From an uncultured Actinomycetes bacterium (GTDB lineage Bacteria; Actinomycetota; Thermoleophilia; Gaiellales; JAICJC01), in assembly GCA_963809205.1 (NCBI GenBank), contig CAWEIS010000025.1:108445-172444 (forward strand): a stretch of DNA of 64,000 nt. Reading direction: 5' to 3'. Shown here one piece after another: positions 9,079 through 19,423 of the stretch. A model generated the notes under the pieces. The model saw only the letters and a list, made by a program, of their open reading frames with translations, was not told the DNA's origin and did no database searches. Each line of letters starts with the position of its first letter. Position 1 is the stretch's first letter. The position numbers were made by a program, and so were the translations under genes.

Positions 9079-10020
9079 GTGAGCGACGCGACTGCGATCG
9101 GGACACCGCTGCGCGCCCGCCGGGAGCAGGGCGGCACGGCGGTGCTCGAGGACTGGGGAATCAACTCGGAGTACGGCGTACTGCGCGACGTGCTGCTCGG
9201 CTCGCCGGACGCGTTTCGCTGGCTGGGCGAGGAGAACGCGCAGTACAGCGCGTTGGTGCGGGACACCCTGCGGCGCGGCTATCGATTCGACCGTGATCTG
9301 GCGCTCCGCCAGCACGCCGAAATGGTGGACGCCTACCGCCAGGCGGGCGTCGCCGTGCACCTGCTCAACGCCTCCGGGGAGCAGCCCTACGGCGTCTACG
9401 CACGCGACTCGAACTTCATGACGCCGTTCGGCGCCGTGGTCACCCAGCTGGCGAACCCGCGGCGGCGCGGCGAGTACGCGAACGTGCTGCGGTTCTACCT
9501 GTCGCACGACATCACGGTCTACGACTTGGTCTCGGCCGGCAACTTCGAGGGCGGCGATTTCAACATGATCGCCCCCGGGTGCGTGCTGATCGGCTACACC
9601 GGGCTGCGCGGCGAGGAGGTCGCGGCGCGGCAGGTCGGCGGGTGGATGGAGGCCGAGGGGATCGAGGTGCGCTACGCGCCGATTGACGAGTACTACGTCC
9701 ACATCGACCTGATGGTCTGCATGCTCGCCGAGAAGCTGGCCGCCGTCTGCCTCGACACGACCGACCCGGAGATCGTCACCTGGATCGAGTCGAAGGGCAT
9801 CGAGCTCGTGCCGGCGAGCTTCCGCGAGACGATGGGCCTGGGCTGCAACGTGGTCGCGCTGGGCGACGACCGCGTCCTGTCTTCGACCGCGGCGCCGGAG
9901 CTGAACGCCCGGCTGCGGACGCTGGGCTTCGAGGTCTACGACCCCGACATGAGCCAGTTCCAGCTGGCGGGCGGCGGGGTGCACTGTATGTGCCAGCCGC
10001 TGCGCCGCGACCCGGGCTGA
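9079..10020 (+). CDS. amidinotransferase / DDAH / arginine-deiminase-fold enzyme (guanidino-group modifying superfamily)
   Basis: 313 aa. The C-terminal GGGVHCMCQPL carries the catalytic Cys motif of this fold. EGGDF is also present. Confidence 0.75.
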   Translation: MSDATAIGTPLRARREQGGTAVLEDWGINSEYGVLRDVLLGSPDAFRWLGEENAQYSALVRDTLRRGYRFDRDLALRQHAEMVDAYRQAGVAVHLLNASGEQPYGVYARDSNFMTPFGAVVTQLANPRRRGEYANVLRFYLSHDITVYDLVSAGNFEGGDFNMIAPGCVLIGYTGLRGEEVAARQVGGWMEAEGIEVRYAPIDEYYVHIDLMVCMLAEKLAAVCLDTTDPEIVTWIESKGIELVPASFRETMGLGCNVVALGDDRVLSSTAAPELNARLRTLGFEVYDPDMSQFQLAGGGVHCMCQPLRRDPG

Positions 10021-10023
10021 TGA

Positions 10024-10048
10024 AACAAAGGGGTCTGACCCCGTTGTT
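10024..10048. repeat. palindromic element AACAAAGGGGTCTGACCCCGTTGTT (terminator-like), copy 1
   Basis: Starts 4 nt after the stop at 10020. The stem is AACAAAGGGGT/ACCCCGTTGTT with one mismatch. It shares the core GGGGTCNGACCCC with 32473-32487 and 60706-60732. Confidence 0.75.
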
Positions 10049-10061
10049 ACATCGAGCGTGC

Positions 10062-10086
10062 AACAAAGGGGTGTGACCCCGTTGTT
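10062..10086. repeat. palindromic element AACAAAGGGGTGTGACCCCGTTGTT, copy 2 (tandem)
   Basis: Same 25-mer with one substitution, 38 nt downstream of copy 1. Confidence 0.75.
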
Positions 10087-10111
10087 GCGCGGTCTGGTTG
10101 AATCTCGCGTC

Positions 10112-11329
10112 GTGAGCGATCGACCGCAGGTGCAGCCCGTGTCGAGCCTGCGGGTGCCGAACACGTCCGACATCGACATGGCGGCGCTACGGGCCGAGCG
10201 CCTGGCCCGCCTCCAGCAGTCGATGCGCGACCGCGAGGTGCCCGCCTGTCTGTTCTTCCACCCGGCGAACATCCGCTACGCGACGGGCACCAGCGTGATG
10301 GACGTGTGGGCGTCCCAGACGTTCGCCCGCCACTGCCTGGTACCGGCCGAGGGCGACCCGGTGCTGTTCGAGTGCCACACGTCGCTGGACGTGTCGCGGC
10401 GCCACCTGAACGACGTGCGCCCGGCGGTCACCTGGCAGTTCATGCCCGACCGCGCGCCGGAGGTCACCCGCGCCTGGGCGGCCGACCTGATGTCGCTGCT
10501 CCGCGAGCTGGGCGCCGGTGACGGCCCGCTGGGGCTCGACCGGCTCGACACGTTCGGCTTCCTCGCGCTGCGCGACCTCGTCCCGCTGGTCGACTCGAGC
10601 GGGATCACGACGGCCGCCCGCGACATCAAGACTCCGCAGGAGATCGAGCTGCTCAAGATCAACGGCGCGATCGGCGACGCGATCATGCGCGACTTCGAGG
10701 ACGCGATCCGTCCCGGCATCCGCGAGTACGAGCTGCTGGCGACGCTCGCCGACTCCCTGATCCGGCAGCAGGGCGAGTACCTGTTCACCCGGCTCGTCTC
10801 CTCGGGGCGCAACACGAACCCGTGGGGCAGCGAGGCCCGCGACAAGATCGTGATGCCGGGCGATCTGGTGGCCGTCGACACCGACGCGTACGGCTACGAG
10901 GGCTACATGATCGATATCTCGCGCACGTTCCTGTGCGGCGACCGGCCGTCCGCCGGGCAGGTCGAGCTGTACAAGGTCGCGCACGGGGTGATGGTGGGAA
11001 TGCGCGAAGTGCTGCGCCCGGGGATGTCGTACGACGAGTTCGCCCGTGCCGTGCCGGCGCTGCCCGCGCGCTTCCAGCCGCAGCAGTACGAGTGCATGGT
11101 GCACGGCGCCGGGCTGGAGGACGAGAGCCCCACGATCTACTACCCGGGCCAGGCGCCCAACCCGACCGACGTCCACATCGTCCCGGGGATGGCGCTGTGC
11201 TTCGAGGTGTACATCGGCGAGGTCGGCGGCGAGTATGGGGTCAAGCTCGAGGACCAGGTGCTGATCACCGAGCGCGGCGCCGAGCCGCTCTGCACGTACC
11301 CCTACGATCCGACGCTGCTCGGGCTGTAG
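10112..11329 (+). CDS. M24-family metallopeptidase (Xaa-Pro dipeptidase / creatinase-like)
   Basis: Creatinase-like N-domain (LARLQQSMRDREVPACLFF) followed by a pita-bread domain (VAVDTDAYGYEGYMIDISRTF, HGAGLEDESP, FEVYIGE). The start is uncertain. I chose GTG 10112 because the track start 10058 lies inside the palindromic repeat. Confidence 0.8.
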   Translation: MSDRPQVQPVSSLRVPNTSDIDMAALRAERLARLQQSMRDREVPACLFFHPANIRYATGTSVMDVWASQTFARHCLVPAEGDPVLFECHTSLDVSRRHLNDVRPAVTWQFMPDRAPEVTRAWAADLMSLLRELGAGDGPLGLDRLDTFGFLALRDLVPLVDSSGITTAARDIKTPQEIELLKINGAIGDAIMRDFEDAIRPGIREYELLATLADSLIRQQGEYLFTRLVSSGRNTNPWGSEARDKIVMPGDLVAVDTDAYGYEGYMIDISRTFLCGDRPSAGQVELYKVAHGVMVGMREVLRPGMSYDEFARAVPALPARFQPQQYECMVHGAGLEDESPTIYYPGQAPNPTDVHIVPGMALCFEVYIGEVGGEYGVKLEDQVLITERGAEPLCTYPYDPTLLGL

Positions 11330-11340
11330 CATCCCCCGCC

Positions 11341-13368
11341 GTGCCGCCGACCGTCGTCACCGACTTCCCGCGCCGCGTGCGCACCATCGAGCAGACGTGG
11401 ATCACGCTGCGCGACGGCACCCGCCTCTCGGCCCGCATCTGGCTGCCCGAGGACGCGGAACAGGATCCCGTCCCGGCGATCTTCGAGCTCCTGCCGTACC
11501 GCCTGAACGACGGCACGGCCCCCCGCGACTCCCGCCACTTCCCGTACCTGGCCGGCCACGGGTACGCCTGCGTCCGCGTTGACCAGCGAGGCACCGGCGA
11601 GTCCGATGGGCTGATGCTGGACGAGTACCTGCCGCAGGAGCAGGCCGACGGCTGCGAGGTGATCGAGTGGATCGCAGCCCAGCCGTGGTGCACCGGCGCG
11701 GTGGGCATGGTCGGCATCTCGTGGAGCGGATTCAACAGCCTGCAGATCGCGGCGCACCGGCCGCCGGCGCTGAAGGCGATCGTCACGCTCTGTTCGACCG
11801 ACGACCGCTACGCCGACGACGTGCACTACGACGGCGGCTGCGTCTCGTCCGACATGGCGCAGTGGGCCGCCTCGATGTTCATGTGGAACGCGCGGCCGCC
11901 CGACCCGGCGATCGTCGGCGAGCGCTGGCGCGACATGTGGATCGAGCGGATGGAGGGCGCGCCGTCGTTCATCGAGCCGTGGATGACCCACCAGCGCCGC
12001 GACGACTACTGGAAGCAGGGGTCGGTGTGCGAAGATTTCTCGCGGATCGAGGCGGCGGTCTACGCGGTGGGCGGCTGGGCCGACGGCTACACCAACGCCA
12101 TCCCGCGGATGCTGGAGGGGCTGCCCGGACCCCGCAAGGGCCTGATCGGGCCGTGGGCGCACGCCTGGCCGCAGGCCGGCCCGCCGGAGCCGGCGATCGG
12201 CTTTCTGCAGGAGGTGATCCGCTGGTTCGATCACTGGCTGAAGGGCGAGCAGAACGGGATCATGGACGAGCCGATGCTGCGGGCGTGGATCCAGGAGCCG
12301 CTGCCTCCGCGCAGCTGCTACACCGAGATCCCGGGCCGCTGGATCGCCGAGCGCTCGTGGCCGCCGGCGGGCACGTCCGAGCGGGTGCTGCACCTGACCG
12401 CCGGCGGCGGCCTCGCGGATCAGCCCGGCCCCGAACGGCCGATCGACTTCAGCGGCCTCCAGGTCGCCGGCCTCGACGCCGGCTCGTGGTGCCCGTACGG
12501 CGAGGTCGCGGACTGGCCGGGCGACCAGCGCGCCATGGACGGCATGTCCCAGTGCTTCGAGTCGGCGCAGCTCGACCAGGACATTGAGATCCTCGGCTTC
12601 ACCGACGTGCACCTGGAGCTCGTGTCCGACCGGCCCGACGCCCTGATCTCGGTGCGGCTGTGCGAGGTCACGCCGGACGGCGCCTCGACGCTCGTCACCC
12701 GCGCCCAGCTGAACCTGACGCACCGCGACAGCGACGAGCACCCGACGCCGCTGACGCCGGGCGAGCGCTTCCGGGCGACCGTCCGGCTGGACGCCTGCGG
12801 CCACCGCTTCGCCGCGGGCAACCGCCTGCGGATCGGGCTGTCCCCCACCTACTTCCCCTGGGCATGGCCGTCACCCGAGCCGGTGACGCTGGGCGTGATC
12901 GCCGGCGCCAGCCGGGCGGTACTGCCGGTCCGCGCGCGACAGCCCGAGGACGAGACGCTGCCCGAGTTCGGCCCGCCGGAGGAGTCCCAGCGGCTGGAGA
13001 TGGTCGAGCTGAAGCCGGGCGCCGCCGGCCGGTCGATCCGCAACGACCTGTCGACGGGCCGGGTCGAGCTGGTCTACGACTGGGACGTCGGCGGCCTGTG
13101 GCGGATGCCGTCCAACGGCCTGGAGTTCGAGGACGTGAACACGACGACGTTCTCGATCTCGGAGGGCGACCCGCTGTCGGCGCGGGTGGTGTGCCGGGTC
13201 GACGGGTCGTTCGGCCGCGGCGACTGGCGGACGAGCGCACGCACGCTGACGGAGATGACCGCCGACGCCGACGCGTTCCACATCACGTGCCGGCTGGAGG
13301 CGTTCGAGGGCGACGATCTCGCCTTCGAGCGGACGTGGACGTACGACATCCCGCGCGATCTGGTCTGA
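11341..13368 (+). CDS. CocE/NonD-family hydrolase (S15 X-Pro dipeptidyl-peptidase-like)
   Basis: GTG at 11341 is in frame with track ORF 10822-13368. Sequence includes ITLRDGTRLSARIWLPE, LPYRLND, RVDQRGTGESDG and the nucleophile elbow VGISWSG. Confidence 0.85.
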   Translation: MPPTVVTDFPRRVRTIEQTWITLRDGTRLSARIWLPEDAEQDPVPAIFELLPYRLNDGTAPRDSRHFPYLAGHGYACVRVDQRGTGESDGLMLDEYLPQEQADGCEVIEWIAAQPWCTGAVGMVGISWSGFNSLQIAAHRPPALKAIVTLCSTDDRYADDVHYDGGCVSSDMAQWAASMFMWNARPPDPAIVGERWRDMWIERMEGAPSFIEPWMTHQRRDDYWKQGSVCEDFSRIEAAVYAVGGWADGYTNAIPRMLEGLPGPRKGLIGPWAHAWPQAGPPEPAIGFLQEVIRWFDHWLKGEQNGIMDEPMLRAWIQEPLPPRSCYTEIPGRWIAERSWPPAGTSERVLHLTAGGGLADQPGPERPIDFSGLQVAGLDAGSWCPYGEVADWPGDQRAMDGMSQCFESAQLDQDIEILGFTDVHLELVSDRPDALISVRLCEVTPDGASTLVTRAQLNLTHRDSDEHPTPLTPGERFRATVRLDACGHRFAAGNRLRIGLSPTYFPWAWPSPEPVTLGVIAGASRAVLPVRARQPEDETLPEFGPPEESQRLEMVELKPGAAGRSIRNDLSTGRVELVYDWDVGGLWRMPSNGLEFEDVNTTTFSISEGDPLSARVVCRVDGSFGRGDWRTSARTLTEMTADADAFHITCRLEAFEGDDLAFERTWTYDIPRDLV

Positions 13369-13385
13369 GGCTAGAGTCCGCGGCT

Positions 13386-13661
13386 ATGTGCAGATCCATT
13401 CGCCCACTTCACAACTACGAGCCCGCGAGCACCCACGAGGACGTCGAGGCGGCAGCGCTGCAGTTCGTCCGCAAGATCAGCGGCATGACCAAGCCGGCGA
13501 AGGTCAACGAGGAGGCGTTCGACCGCGCGGTCGCCGCCGTCACGGAGGCCAGCGCGCGGCTGCTCGACGAGCTGGTCGCCACCGCCCCGCCGCGTGACCG
13601 GGCCCGCGAGATCGAGCGCGCCCGCGAGCGCGCCGCCAAGCGCTTCCCCGTCTCGGCTTGA
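13386..13661 (+). CDS. DUF2277-family small protein
   Basis: MCRSIRPLHNYEPASTHEDVEAAALQFVRKISG matches the characteristic N-terminus. It is in frame with the tail of track ORF 12660-13661. Confidence 0.7.
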   Translation: MCRSIRPLHNYEPASTHEDVEAAALQFVRKISGMTKPAKVNEEAFDRAVAAVTEASARLLDELVATAPPRDRAREIERARERAAKRFPVSA

Positions 13662-14494
13662 GCGCCGCTCGGTTCGAGACGCTCTCGCCGCACGTCGACC
13701 GGTTCACGCCGGACGACCGCAGCGATCGCCCGGCCCTGGGGGCGATCCACGGGGATCGCGCGACCCTGCTGGTCGAGGGCGGCGCCTCGGTCGCGCATCT
13801 GCGCTCGTTCGTGGACGAGCTCGACGCGCGCGGCCGCCCGCCTGTCGAAGCGATCGTGCTGACGCACTGGCACTGGGACCACAGCTTCGGCTCCGCCGCC
13901 GTCGACGTGCCGGTGTACGCGCATCCCGACAGCCGCGCCGAGCTGGCCGTCCAGGCCGGGTACGACTGGTCGGACGCCGCGCTCGACGCGCGCGTCCGGC
14001 AGGGCCTCGAGCTGCAATTCTGCGCCGACATGATCCGGGTCGAGCTGCCCGACCGCAGCGACCTGCGGATCGTGGTGCCATCCGAGGCGGTCGAGAGCTT
14101 GCACACGATCGACCTGGGCGGCGCGACGGTGATCGCCAAGCACGTCGGCGGCGACCACGCGCCGGACTCGCTCGCCGTGTACGCCGTCGAGGATCGGGTG
14201 CTCTTCCTGGGCGACTGCCTGTACCAGAAGCTGCATGCGCCGGCGGAGCAGCTGACGATCGCCGGCGTGCGCAACCTGCTGGATGCGCTCGCCGAGTTCG
14301 ACGTCGCCGTCGCGGTCGAGGGACATGACGACGACGTGGCCGACGCCGCCGGCTACGCGGCGCGGATCACGGAGCTCCGTCGCGCGGCGGACATGGTCGA
14401 GCGGCGCGGTGCGGACGCCCTCGAGGACGCCGGCGACGACGAGGGCCTCGCGGAGCTGGTCGCGTTCCTGCTGGTCGGCGAAGCCGCTGCTTAG
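13658..14494 (+). CDS. MBL-fold metallo-hydrolase
   Basis: 278 aa with the THWHWDH metal-binding motif. The TTG start overlaps the upstream stop. Confidence 0.8.
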   Translation: MSAARFETLSPHVDRFTPDDRSDRPALGAIHGDRATLLVEGGASVAHLRSFVDELDARGRPPVEAIVLTHWHWDHSFGSAAVDVPVYAHPDSRAELAVQAGYDWSDAALDARVRQGLELQFCADMIRVELPDRSDLRIVVPSEAVESLHTIDLGGATVIAKHVGGDHAPDSLAVYAVEDRVLFLGDCLYQKLHAPAEQLTIAGVRNLLDALAEFDVAVAVEGHDDDVADAAGYAARITELRRAADMVERRGADALEDAGDDEGLAELVAFLLVGEAAA

Positions 14495-14500
14495 CGGGAA

Positions 14501-15397
14501 CTAGCCGGCGAGCGAGCCGTCGGGGGCGGCCAGCCCGAGCTTCGCGCCCTCGGCGATCAGCGTCGCTTCATCGACCGCGCCTGCCACGGCCGTCGGCTTG
14601 GTGACCGACAGCCCCGCGTAGATCACGGCCCAGCGCAGGCGATCCTCGGCCGAGGCGCCGCGCAGGTCGCTCCAGATGTAGGCGGCAACCAGCAGGTCGC
14701 CCGCTCCCGTGGCGTCGATCGCGGGACCGGCGTCGTGAGCTGCCACATCGACCCTGACATCGCCCGACACCGAGAAGGCGCCGCGCGCCCCGAGCGTGAC
14801 GACGACGGTCTGCACCTGCTCTGCGAGCCTGGCCGCCGCGTCGTCCGTGGTGCTCGCGCCGGTCAGCTGCAGCGCCTCGTTGTCGCTGACGAACAGCGTT
14901 CGCACGCCTGACAGCTGGGCCGGTGGACGGCCCGCGAACGCCCGCGCGTCGTCGTCACCGCAAGTGATGTACCCGGCGGCTCCCTCAGGCACGACGTAGA
15001 GCAGGTCGAGGTTCGCTGCGACCGCGCGCGGCGCCAGCGCCGCGACGTCGGCGGTGCTCGCCCGCACGCCGGGATCGACGGTGACCATCGCCCGGTCGGC
15101 GTTGAGCGGCATGACAACGGTGGTCGGCGTCCGCGGGGCGCGGCGTTCGACGAATGAGACGCCGTCCTCGCGCAGCACCTCCATCACCAGCTCGCCCGCG
15201 ACGTCGTTGCCCAGCGGGGCGGCGAGGGCGGTGGACAGGCCCAGCCGCGCGGCGGCCGCCGCCGTGATCGCGCCGCCGCCCGGGGAGCGGAGCAGATCGG
15301 AGGCGAACCGCTCCTCGCCCAGCGCAGGCAGGGACTCCAGTCCGGTGAACGTGAGATCGAGGAACGAAGGTGTCGCGACGGCCAGATCGAAGCTCAT
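14501..15397 (-). CDS. PfkB-family carbohydrate kinase
   Basis: Starts MSFDLAVATPSFLDL. The C-terminal DATGAGDLLVAAY is the PfkB signature. Only the last 299 codons of track ORF 14501-16060 are credible. Confidence 0.85.
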   Translation of the reverse strand: MSFDLAVATPSFLDLTFTGLESLPALGEERFASDLLRSPGGGAITAAAAARLGLSTALAAPLGNDVAGELVMEVLREDGVSFVERRAPRTPTTVVMPLNADRAMVTVDPGVRASTADVAALAPRAVAANLDLLYVVPEGAAGYITCGDDDARAFAGRPPAQLSGVRTLFVSDNEALQLTGASTTDDAAARLAEQVQTVVVTLGARGAFSVSGDVRVDVAAHDAGPAIDATGAGDLLVAAYIWSDLRGASAEDRLRWAVIYAGLSVTKPTAVAGAVDEATLIAEGAKLGLAAPDGSLAG

Positions 15398-15432
15398 GGT
15401 GCGACGAGGATAGCGAGGCCTGCGAAGTGCTG

Positions 15433-16538
15433 CTACGGCCAGAGCGTGCGCGGGTCGTGGACGCGCCGCTCGTCCGCCTCGGTCTCCGGCAGCACCGTGT
15501 AGTCGTACGGGGGGAACTCGCTCTCGATGTCGATCGCCCGACCCTCGGCCGCCGACAGCTTCGCCGCCAGTGAGACCTCGAGGACGTGATAGGCGTGCTC
15601 GGGCACCGTCAGCGGCGGCGATCCGCGCTCGGCGCATTCCACCAGGTGGCGCAGCCCGTCGGTCCACGGCCACGTCGGATCGGTCTCCGGCACGACCTCC
15701 CAGACGGCCCGGTCGTTGCGCCACTGCTCGAGCCCCTCCGGCGCCCAGTCGTCGCCCATCATCTGCAGCACGCCGTCGGTGCCGTACAGCTCGATGGCCG
15801 GCGAGCGGTACTTCTGCATCGTGAATCCGGTGGTCACCGAGCCGAACCGGGCGCCGCCGAAGTCCATCAGGATGTGCGCGTTGTCGTCGCTCTGCACGGC
15901 AACGGTCTCGCCGTCGATCTCGCGCTCGGGGATCGCGGTGCCGACCAGCGCCGTCACGCGCCGGCAGCTCCCGAAGACCCCGCACAGGCTGGTCAGGTTG
16001 TAGATGCCGAGGTCGAAGATCGACCCGCCGCCCGGCTTGTAGTACCACTCCGACCACCACGGCCCGGCCCAGCCATAGCGTGCTCGCGCCAGCACCAGCC
16101 GGCCGATGTCGCCCTCGCGGACGCGGCGGTGCATCTCGCGATAGGTCGGCGATAGCGCCACGTGCGGCGCGCAGATCAGGATCCCCGACGACTCACGGTT
16201 CGCCTCGACCAGGGCGCGGGCGTCATCGAGCTCGGTCGCCATCGGCTTCTCGACCAGCACGTGCTTGCCGGCACGCAGCGCCTCCAGCGCCAGCCTGCCG
16301 TGGTCGAGCATGCTGGTCAGGACGAGCACCACGTCCAGGTCGTCGCGGGCGATCAGCTCCTCGGGGCCGGCCATCGAGACGTCGACACCGGTGCGCCGGC
16401 CCACCGCCGCACGCTTGCCGGGGTCGATGTCGTAGGCCGCGACAAGCTCGGCCCGTCCCTCGGCGGCCAGCCGTTCGATCAGCGTTCGGTACGGGGTGAG
16501 GAACACGCTGCCCAGCCCCAGCACACCGATCCGCAGGC

Positions 16539-16542
<4 letters not shown>
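15433..16542 (-). CDS. Gfo/Idh/MocA-family NAD(P)-dependent oxidoreductase
   Basis: 369 aa with the Rossmann segment IGVLGLGSV and the HVLVEKPMA motif. Confidence 0.85.
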
Positions 16543-17711
<1,169 letters not shown>

Positions 17712-17740
17712 CAGTCTCCCCCCTGTCGGATCGGCGGCTG

Positions 17741-18466
17741 TCATCGGCGTCGCACCAGCGTCGCCTGGAAGCGGTAGCGGTCGGCGCGGTATGCGGTCCG
17801 CGTGACCTCGACGGCCTGCCCGGCCGCGTCGGTGCCGATGGTCGTGGCGATCAGCACCGCCGCACCGGCGGGCAGTCCCAGCAGCTTCGCCTCGCGGGGC
17901 GCGGCGGCGGCCGCCTCGACGGTGTAGGCCGCGCGCATCGGCGCGCAGCCGTTGCGGTCGAGGACGGCGTACAGGGACTCGACGGCGAAGTCCACGGACT
18001 CGAGCTCGGGCGCGCGGCGGAGCGGCACCACCGCCTCGTCGACGGCGACCGGCACGTCGTCGAGCTTGCGCAGCCGCTCGAGCACGAACACCTGGGCGCC
18101 GGGCGCGATGTGGAACAGCTCGGCCTGCTCGATCGTCGCCTGCCGCAGCTCGCGCGTCAGCACCACGGACGTCGCGCGCAGCCCGCGGCTGGCACCCAGC
18201 TCGGAGAAGCTCATCAGCACGTTGGGCGGCTCGGCCAGGCTGTCGTTGGTGACGAAGGCGCCGCGGCCGGCGGCCGACTCGATCAGCCCGTCCTCGACCA
18301 GCGCCGCGAACGCTCGGCGCACGGTGGTGCGGCTGACGGAGAGCTGCTGGCACAGCTCGCGCTCCGCCGGTAGCCGGTCGCCGGGGCGCAGCGTCCCGCT
18401 GGCGATGTCGTCGGCGATCATCCGGTAGACGCGGTAGTAGAGCGGATGCGAGGCGGCCTCGAGCAT
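17741..18466 (-). CDS. GntR-family (HutC subfamily, UTRA domain) transcriptional regulator
   Basis: PLYYRVYRMIADDIASGTLRPGDRLPAERELCQQLSVSRTTVRRAFAALVEDGLI is followed by a UTRA-like C-terminus. The start overlaps the upstream stop. Confidence 0.85.
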   Translation of the reverse strand: MLEAASHPLYYRVYRMIADDIASGTLRPGDRLPAERELCQQLSVSRTTVRRAFAALVEDGLIESAAGRGAFVTNDSLAEPPNVLMSFSELGASRGLRATSVVLTRELRQATIEQAELFHIAPGAQVFVLERLRKLDDVPVAVDEAVVPLRRAPELESVDFAVESLYAVLDRNGCAPMRAAYTVEAAAAAPREAKLLGLPAGAAVLIATTIGTDAAGQAVEVTRTAYRADRYRFQATLVRRR

Positions 18467-19413
18467 CAGGCGTGCGCCCCCTCGACGATCCGCGCCAGGT
18501 CGGGGTGTATGCCCGCCGTGTCGAAGGCCAGCAGCAGTGCGCCGATCACGGGCGCGTGCGGCAGCGCGACCGCGTCGCCCTCCGGCACGTTCGCCAGGAT
18601 CGCGTCCGATAGCACCGCCGAGGGGTTGTGGAACACGCCGCCGGTCAGCACCACGGGGAACCGGCCGTTGCCGAGCAGGCCGACGGCGTCCGCGCAGGCC
18701 CTGGCCTGCGTGCCCAGGATGCGGCCGTGGTTGGCGACGATCTCTCCGGCCACCGGATCGGCCGCCGTCGCCTCCTCGAGCACCACTGGGGCCAGCCGCT
18801 CCTTGTCCTGCTCCGGCCAGCCGCCGCGCCGGGTGAAGCTGTGCAGCAGCTCCATCGGCGTGGCCGTGCCGTACAGCTCGAGCGACCGCCCGGTCAGCGC
18901 CGTCTCGGGGCCGAGCCCGAGCTCCGACCGCCACACCGCCGCCAGGCCATCGCGGCCGAGGCCGCGTGCGCCGGTCTGATCGGGCCAGAAGCCGACGTGG
19001 TACGTGTCGCCGGCGAGGTTGCGCGCGGCCGTCGTCCCGAACGTGCCGCACACCACCGACACGCCGGCGCCGTCGGCGGTGCCCGCCCGGATCGGCGCGA
19101 TCGCGTCGTTCACGACCAGCGGCTCCTGGGACAGGCCGACCAGCTCCGGGATCGTCCGGCGGAGCAGGTCGAAGTCCTCGGGCCAGTCGGCTCCGGCAAG
19201 GTTGAAGCAGGCCGCGGTGACATCCGACGCCGCGATCCCGGCCTCGAACAGCGCGTCCTGGCACGCGGCGGCCATCGCATCGAGGGCGACCTCCACGCTG
19301 GGGGCGTTGTGGATGTCGGAGCAGCCCGACCGGCCGCGCCCGGTGACCGTGCCGTCGGGCGTGGCCACCAGCGCAACCGTCTTCGTGTTGCCTCCGTCGA
19401 CGCCGATCAGCAT
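18466..19413 (-). CDS. BadF/BadG/BcrA/BcrD-type ATPase (N-acetylglucosamine-kinase-like)
   Basis: Starts MLIGVDGGNTKTVALV (phosphate-1 motif); VVLTGGVF occurs near the C-terminus. 316 aa. Confidence 0.8.
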   Translation of the reverse strand: MLIGVDGGNTKTVALVATPDGTVTGRGRSGCSDIHNAPSVEVALDAMAAACQDALFEAGIAASDVTAACFNLAGADWPEDFDLLRRTIPELVGLSQEPLVVNDAIAPIRAGTADGAGVSVVCGTFGTTAARNLAGDTYHVGFWPDQTGARGLGRDGLAAVWRSELGLGPETALTGRSLELYGTATPMELLHSFTRRGGWPEQDKERLAPVVLEEATAADPVAGEIVANHGRILGTQARACADAVGLLGNGRFPVVLTGGVFHNPSAVLSDAILANVPEGDAVALPHAPVIGALLLAFDTAGIHPDLARIVEGAHA

Positions 19414-19423
19414 TCGTTGCCTC

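Noticed and set aside
10058-10111. Track start of the M24 peptidase at 10058
   Set aside because: These codons are the translated tandem palindromic repeat (QQRGVTPLL). A start at GTG 10112 or later is more plausible.
8401-10272. 623-aa minus-strand ORF across the LUD and amidinotransferase genes
   Set aside because: It is antisense to two plus-strand genes with clear family motifs and has low-complexity composition.
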